From IMG/VR virus record IMGVR_UViG_3300022744_000020, positions 1-64,000 of that record: 64,000 nucleotides of DNA. One strand, written 5' to 3'. Under the pieces are notes generated by a model that was not told the origin of the DNA, ran no database searches, and saw only the letters and a program-made list of their open reading frames with translations. Shown here one piece after another: positions 59,186 to 64,000 of the stretch. The translations under genes and the position numbers were made by a program. The first letter of the stretch is position 1. Each line of letters opens with the position of its first letter.

Positions 59186-60304
59186 CCAAAGCGAATAAAT
59201 TTTATTTCAATCCAACAAGGCCATACCGTTCCCTGTGCTGGATACCATGCACCGGTGATGAGAACTGGTTATGAAGCGGTCATCGCTCATCGTACCACGG
59301 ATACCTTTGCCTATACGGCTAAAAAACCTGGAAAGGTCTTGAAGGTAAATCCGAAGGGGATCATCATCGAGTACGAAGACGGTGAGCGCGTTGGGTTGCG
59401 CTTGGGTAGACGGTTCGGTCTGGCCTCTGGCATGACGGTTCCGCACGATGTCGTCACGTTCCAAAAAGAAGGTGCGACTTTCCAAGTCGGAGATTGCATC
59501 TCTTACAACGAAGGATTTTTCGAGCGAGACATCTTCAGCCCGAATTGCGTGGTGATGAAGAACTCCCTGGTGTGTCGTGCGGTGATCATGGAGTCTTCGG
59601 ATACGCTGGAAGACTCCTCAACCATCTCCCCTAAGTTGGCAAAGAAGTTGTCGACAAAGGTGACGCACACCATCACCAAGGTGGTCCGGTTCGATCAAAC
59701 AGTCACCAACGTTCTGGAAGAAGGTCAAGCGGTTAGTTTTGACACGGTGCTGTGCTATATCCAGTCCGACGCCTCGGCAAACTCGGCTGCGTTCTCTGAC
59801 GAAACACTGGAAACGCTTGAGGCCCTGGATACTGGAACCCCGAGGGCTCGGGTAGATGGGGTGGTGGATGCCGTCGAGGTTTACTACCATGGCGAGCTGT
59901 TGGATATGAATGAGTCGCTTCAGATCCTGGCAAAGCAAAGCAACGAGAGACTCAAGAAAAAAGCCGAACAATCGGAAACCACAGCATTCACAGGACAAGT
60001 GGATGGAGGCTTCCGCATTCAAGGCACGCCAATGCCGATTGAGAACGTGGCGATTCGCTTCTACATCACCAGCGACACCCCCGCCGGTGTCGGGGATAAG
60101 GGTGTGGTTGCGAACCAGATGAAGACAGTCCACGGAGCGATAATGGATGGGGTTTACAGAAGCGAAGACGGTCAAGAAATTGATTTGATTTTCGGCGCTC
60201 AATCGTTCGATGCTCGGATTGTGAATTCGCCGTACATCCTCGGTATGGTCACCACGGTGCGCCAACTCACCTCCAAGAGAGCCGCAGAGATGTATTTCTC
60301 ATGA
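59186..60304 (+). CDS. Virion RNA polymerase beta-like subunit (gp178 homologue), exon 2
   Basis: PKRINFISIQQGH (equivalent to RpoB NRALM..MQRQ), RTGYE, EDSS.IS and GDKGVVANQMKTV motifs. Confidence 0.88.
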   Translation, partial: PKRINFISIQQGHTVPCAGYHAPVMRTGYEAVIAHRTTDTFAYTAKKPGKVLKVNPKGIIIEYEDGERVGLRLGRRFGLASGMTVPHDVVTFQKEGATFQVGDCISYNEGFFERDIFSPNCVVMKNSLVCRAVIMESSDTLEDSSTISPKLAKKLSTKVTHTITKVVRFDQTVTNVLEEGQAVSFDTVLCYIQSDASANSAAFSDETLETLEALDTGTPRARVDGVVDAVEVYYHGELLDMNESLQILAKQSNERLKKKAEQSETTAFTGQVDGGFRIQGTPMPIENVAIRFYITSDTPAGVGDKGVVANQMKTVHGAIMDGVYRSEDGQEIDLIFGAQSFDARIVNSPYILGMVTTVRQLTSKRAAEMYFS

Positions 60305-60368
60305 AGTGAGTCCTTGATCCTCAGAAAAGCTCTCAAGCGGGCTTTATGAGGGTACCCAACACCTCGGA

Positions 60369-60405
60369 GGGGATTAGGCCAAATCAGCCTAATCCCTCTC
60401 TTTTT
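60369..60405 (+). terminator. Intrinsic terminator
   Basis: GGGATTAGGC/GCCTAATCCC stem followed by TCTCTTTTT. Confidence 0.6.
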
Positions 60406-60432
60406 CAGTTTATTTCTTTACCTACCACGATC

Positions 60433-60627
60433 ATGGTCAAAACCGAATCGAATCAAACAGCGCTGGTTTCTGGTGCGTTGATCACTCTGGGAACCCGAAT
60501 CCTCGAAGAATCACAAGACGGCACCACGGCGGAGACCATCAACGGTCGTGACGCTGATCGCAAGAACCTCGCACAACTGGTGGCCGCACTGATGCATCGC
60601 AAGCTGCTCGAGAAGCGCCGGTCCTGA
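60433..60627 (+). CDS. Small hypothetical protein (64 aa)
   Basis: ATG 60433, typical codon usage, upstream of the gp177-like gene. Confidence 0.6.
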   Translation: MVKTESNQTALVSGALITLGTRILEESQDGTTAETINGRDADRKNLAQLVAALMHRKLLEKRRS

Positions 60628-60671
60628 TCTTCAGCCCACCAAACAAACCAAAAACCTAAGAGGCACCTGCC

Positions 60672-62126
60672 ATGATTTTTGAAACTGCTGCCAAATGCGC
60701 TGTCGAGATCGCCGACGATCTGGAGGCTTCTGGTCTTTACGCTCGTGCGAAGCCGTCTACTCCGATGGCGGCCGTGGTGAACGCCGTCACCATTCCTGGT
60801 CCCGCGCTGCCTCAGTCTGAGCCGGTCATTTATGACTACGGCCTGCTGATGGGAATGACGGACAACTTCGGTGCACGCGATCGCGGAGAAACTCCGGTGT
60901 TTGAGCTGGAAATGGCAGCACTGGCCAGCCAGATCGGCAAAGCAGTGTCGGACCATTTCATGTTCGCCCGAACGGTGGCCAAGCCACTCATCATGGAACT
61001 GGCCACGGCGATCGTGGCCGACATGGGTCAACTCGAAGTCAATCCGCACTCGGATGTTCAAGTGGTGGAGTTCGACATTCCGGATTTCCTCAAAGACGCC
61101 GGCATGCTCGAGGAAATCAAGCGCGTTCAATCGGACAAGTTCAGCCTACAGGCTCTTCCGATGATGTCGGCTCCGGACCTCACGATCTATGAGATCGTGA
61201 CTCAAATCGGACAGTTCGGCGCCGGGAACAAAGAGATCGCTCTCTGGCTGAATGGTCTGACTCCTGAGTTCCTGGAAGGTGCTTGGAAGGGCGTGTTCCA
61301 GTCCGACGTAGGTGGGATCGGTTTCCACAACACGGAAGTCGGCAAGAAACAAGTCGACCTGTGCATCTTCACGTACGCTCTGTCGTTCACGCTGGCCGCC
61401 GACATCCCTGACGGCGTCACGGTGAGTCTGGGTCAATGGAAGTCGGATCTGACCGTTCTGCGTCAACAATCTGCACGACTGCTGGCGCTGGCCATCGACG
61501 AGTTCGAAGTCCAAAAAGAAACCAAGACGGTGCACATTCGCCGAGCTGGCAAAGACATCGTGGTCAATGCTGCTGTTCTGCGCGAGTTCGAAGAACAAGG
61601 ACTCACCCGCGCTGTGTTGATTGCCAACGCAATGCAGGAGCGACCCTACGTTTATGCTTCGGCCATCGTGAAGAACATCTCGGCACTGCAGGCAATGTGG
61701 GATTCTTTTGTCGGGCGTGAAAAGCTGCGACTCGAGAATGATCGTCTGCGCCTGTTCGTGGATTCGGCTCGACGCCAATCCCTGAAGCTGGTCACGGACA
61801 ATTTCGAGAAGGTCTATGAGCACCTGGGTGAGAATGCGGTGAACAACCGGGACAATCCTGCGTACCTGGCATTCCTCGAAGCCATGCGTGCCTACACGGG
61901 TAGCCTCAAGCTCAAGGCCGTGGAGAACGTGAATGATGTCGCACACGTGATCATCTGCAACTGCCTGTTCCCACATACGGCCTGCGATCAGATTCTGGAC
62001 GGGATCAGCGAGGCCATGAGTCAGAATCAAGGTGCCAACATGGACGTGAAGGAAGCGGCGCTGTATTCCAAGGCTTCCTACATCGTGGACTTCCTGCTGG
62101 ATCAAGTCGAACTCGTGAGCATCTAA
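60672..62126 (+). CDS. Conserved hypothetical protein (phiKZ gp177-like by synteny)
   Basis: 484 aa with GAGG ribosome-binding site, between the gp178- and gp176-like genes. Confidence 0.72.
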   Translation: MIFETAAKCAVEIADDLEASGLYARAKPSTPMAAVVNAVTIPGPALPQSEPVIYDYGLLMGMTDNFGARDRGETPVFELEMAALASQIGKAVSDHFMFARTVAKPLIMELATAIVADMGQLEVNPHSDVQVVEFDIPDFLKDAGMLEEIKRVQSDKFSLQALPMMSAPDLTIYEIVTQIGQFGAGNKEIALWLNGLTPEFLEGAWKGVFQSDVGGIGFHNTEVGKKQVDLCIFTYALSFTLAADIPDGVTVSLGQWKSDLTVLRQQSARLLALAIDEFEVQKETKTVHIRRAGKDIVVNAAVLREFEEQGLTRAVLIANAMQERPYVYASAIVKNISALQAMWDSFVGREKLRLENDRLRLFVDSARRQSLKLVTDNFEKVYEHLGENAVNNRDNPAYLAFLEAMRAYTGSLKLKAVENVNDVAHVIICNCLFPHTACDQILDGISEAMSQNQGANMDVKEAALYSKASYIVDFLLDQVELVSI

Positions 62127-62849
62127 ATGCAATCCACCTCCTACGTCAGAAACCGGCAAGCAGTTCTGGATGATCTGGTTTTGGGGGAGGACTCGCGGAT
62201 GATCACCAAGCAAGGTTGCAAAATCCACATACCCACCCGGTATGTGGAGTACAAGCTGGGTCAAATCGGCTTGACCAACCTGATCCTTGGTATCCATGCA
62301 ATCATCGTCGGGAATCAGTACGCTGTACGCATCGTGGATGCCATGATGCGGATCCGTCCAACGACCACGACGAAGATCAAGGTGGATGACGAAGATTACT
62401 ACGAGTTCGATTTCCCTCCTGGCTCTGTGGTTTACGAGTCGACCGATCTCGTGAAGACGCCAACCCTGGTGTACTTCATTCAGACTCCGTTCTTTACCCG
62501 AGGAAAAACTCCTTGGTTCATGAACTATCTGGATCGGGCTGAAATCTTCAGCACTGCTCAAAAGCACGCCGGTGCTGCGATTGGTCTGAACCGGGAAATT
62601 CCGGAGTTTCTGGTCTCTCTGACCTCTCGAGACGCCCAGGATCAATCAGTCGAATATCGTCACGCGATCAAGAGCATTGATGACGTCTACCGCCGGCCTG
62701 CGATGACAGTCCCGGTTCGTAACGTTTCGACTTCGGCCAGTGGCACCTTCAGCAAGCTTGGAGGCGCCTACATGCGTCAAGGGGTGGTGTCGGCCCTGGT
62801 CAAGCCCAGTGAGCGCTCTAGCGACATTGAGACGATTCTGAGACAGTAA
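62127..62849 (+). CDS. Conserved hypothetical protein (phiKZ gp176-like)
   Basis: GCKIHIP.RY, GKTPWFMNY and KLGGAY...G..SAL..P....IE.ILR motifs; synteny agrees. Confidence 0.72.
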   Translation: MQSTSYVRNRQAVLDDLVLGEDSRMITKQGCKIHIPTRYVEYKLGQIGLTNLILGIHAIIVGNQYAVRIVDAMMRIRPTTTTKIKVDDEDYYEFDFPPGSVVYESTDLVKTPTLVYFIQTPFFTRGKTPWFMNYLDRAEIFSTAQKHAGAAIGLNREIPEFLVSLTSRDAQDQSVEYRHAIKSIDDVYRRPAMTVPVRNVSTSASGTFSKLGGAYMRQGVVSALVKPSERSSDIETILRQ

Positions 62850-62863
62850 TCCAATCACCGTTC

Positions 62864-62916
62864 ATACGCTACCTGCACGGTAAACCCGTGCAGGTAGCGT
62901 ATTGTGATTTTATTTT
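62864..62916 (+). terminator. Hairpin terminator
   Basis: 17-bp stem ATACGCTACCTGCACGG/CCGTGCAGGTAGCGTAT with a T-rich tail. Confidence 0.7.
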
Positions 62917-62963
62917 ATAGACTGCGCTCTCTTCGACTCTTTTCTTTTAAGGACCTTTATCAC

Positions 62964-63761
62964 ATGGTAATAACAAGGCCACTTGGTGCTGCGAAGCCCC
63001 AGAAAACCTTATTCTCTTGCACGGCACTACCGGCAAACAAAGCCGGTATTCTCAAAAAGGACGAGTTCGGTTATTTCGAGATTCCCATCGGGGGATTGAA
63101 TTGCTTTAATTCTGCGGGTCATTGGTACACCGCCGATCAAACTGCTGAGCTGTTCGCTAAGAGCTCCCACCTGAATCGAAGAATCGAAGACGGCAGACTC
63201 TTTGCAGAGGCGGGCCATCCGAAGCGCCTTCCCGGTCAGTCTGAAGACGACTATATCCAGCGCATCCTCACCATTGAGGAATCTATGGTGGCTGGACATT
63301 GGGCCAGCATCCGATTGGACTATGACTCCATCAAGGATGAAAGAGGCCGTCCGGTTGTGGCCATGATCGGCAAGGTCAAAGGTGAGGGGAAATTCGGTCC
63401 GGCACTTGAAAGTAGTTTGCTCAATCCCAAGATCAACACCGCGTTTTCGATTCGGTCTTTCACTGAGGACAGTTTTGTCGCAGGTGTTAGAAACCGAATT
63501 ATCCGTCAGATCATCACGTGGGACTGGGTCATCGAGCCGGGTATCTCGTTTGCGGGCAAATACAACAGCCCGTCTCTGGAGGGTCGCCGACTGGCGGTCG
63601 ATCTGGAGTCTGCTGAAATGACCCGTGAGGTCATTCAGCGAGCCATGCGCAAGCCTGTGTTGGCTGGCATGGAGTCCTGCCGTCTGATGGGCGTGGAGCT
63701 GTTCCAGCAGCTTGGTTGGAACATGGACGTGGGCGATCTTCCAAGTTACGCCAAGTGGTGA
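62964..63761 (+). CDS. Prohead (head maturation) protease (phiKZ gp175 homologue)
   Basis: G.LFAEAGHP (catalytic His), AFSIRS (catalytic Ser) and TWDWVIEPGI. AAGGA ribosome-binding site before ATG 62964. Confidence 0.85.
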   Translation: MVITRPLGAAKPQKTLFSCTALPANKAGILKKDEFGYFEIPIGGLNCFNSAGHWYTADQTAELFAKSSHLNRRIEDGRLFAEAGHPKRLPGQSEDDYIQRILTIEESMVAGHWASIRLDYDSIKDERGRPVVAMIGKVKGEGKFGPALESSLLNPKINTAFSIRSFTEDSFVAGVRNRIIRQIITWDWVIEPGISFAGKYNSPSLEGRRLAVDLESAEMTREVIQRAMRKPVLAGMESCRLMGVELFQQLGWNMDVGDLPSYAKW

Positions 63762-63780
63762 TGGCCAAAAAATAAACCAG

Positions 63781-63815
63781 AGGTATCTGGCTCCCACAAA
63801 GGGAGCCAGATACCT
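63781..63815. terminator. Bidirectional hairpin terminator
   Basis: 15-bp stem AGGTATCTGGCTCCC/GGGAGCCAGATACCT. Confidence 0.72.
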
Positions 63816-64000
63816 TACTTTGATCGTCCGGTGCTTACGCGCTCCCATGGACCAGAGCTGCTTTTGTTGGTGAACCAAATGCAAAATCCGATGACAAGCG
63901 AAGCCACACCAATTAAGACCAGAAGAAGAAAAACCAAATAAATCTCAAGTTCGTTCAATGGCTGCACAGTCGACTCCAGGTAGAGAAAATAAAGAACTAA
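63815..64000 (-). CDS. 3' end of a small membrane protein (partial, start outside the window)
   Basis: Open frame on the minus strand reading ...IYLVFLLLVLIGVASLVIGFCIWF...GRSK*, ending at the hairpin. Not in the supplied ORF track. Confidence 0.55.
   Translation of the reverse strand, partial: LVLYFLYLESTVQPLNELEIYLVFLLLVLIGVASLVIGFCIWFTNKSSSGPWERVSTGRSK

Noticed and set aside
55695-60304. Pseudogene, or two independent genes (55695-58802 and 59174-60304)
   Set aside because: The gap has a full group I intron structure and splicing restores a conserved motif in frame. ATG 59174 lies inside the intron and has no clear ribosome-binding site.
28741-62645. Other long antisense ORFs (28741-29910, 34620-36011, 57549-58604, 61146-62645)
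   Set aside because: Each lies opposite well-supported genes and lacks a ribosome-binding site or motifs.
6583-63815. Intergenic hairpins as a REP/MITE family or CRISPR repeats
   Set aside because: The stems share no common sequence, there is no regular repeat-spacer period, and almost all sit at gene 3' ends.
1-64000. tRNA or rRNA genes, inteins, transposases
   Set aside because: No cloverleaf or T-loop in the short intergenic gaps. The RNAP, RecA and portal lengths leave no room for inteins, and no transposase motifs were seen (inspection by eye only).

Overview
This window is a 64-kb segment of a phiKZ-like jumbo myophage (probably Chimalliviridae, the nucleus-forming lineage; chimallin itself is not in this window). 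It holds the conserved phiKZ gp123-gp182 block in rearranged order. Recognisable genes: a non-virion RNAP beta subunit (gp123-like), the portal, baseplate/virion proteins, RuvC, a 2177-aa modular tail fibre, a probable two-component spanin, RNase H, UvsX/RecA, three virion RNAP subunits (gp149-, gp180- and gp178-like), a 3268-aa tape-measure/lysin with M15 peptidase and lytic transglycosylase domains, and the prohead protease. The clearest hidden element is a 386-nt group I intron (58800-59185) with no endonuclease ORF. It splits the gp178-like RNAP gene at ...DRDD|PKRINF..., giving a predicted spliced protein of 1407 aa. Other leads are an FG-repeat low-complexity segment in the protein coupled to the nvRNAP gene, a recurrent 'long hairpin + TATGY' intergenic module, an in-frame 28-nt direct repeat in the tail fibre, and CYTH-like and SLOG nucleotide-handling genes. 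phiKZ gp numbers come from remembered motifs and synteny, not from a database search.
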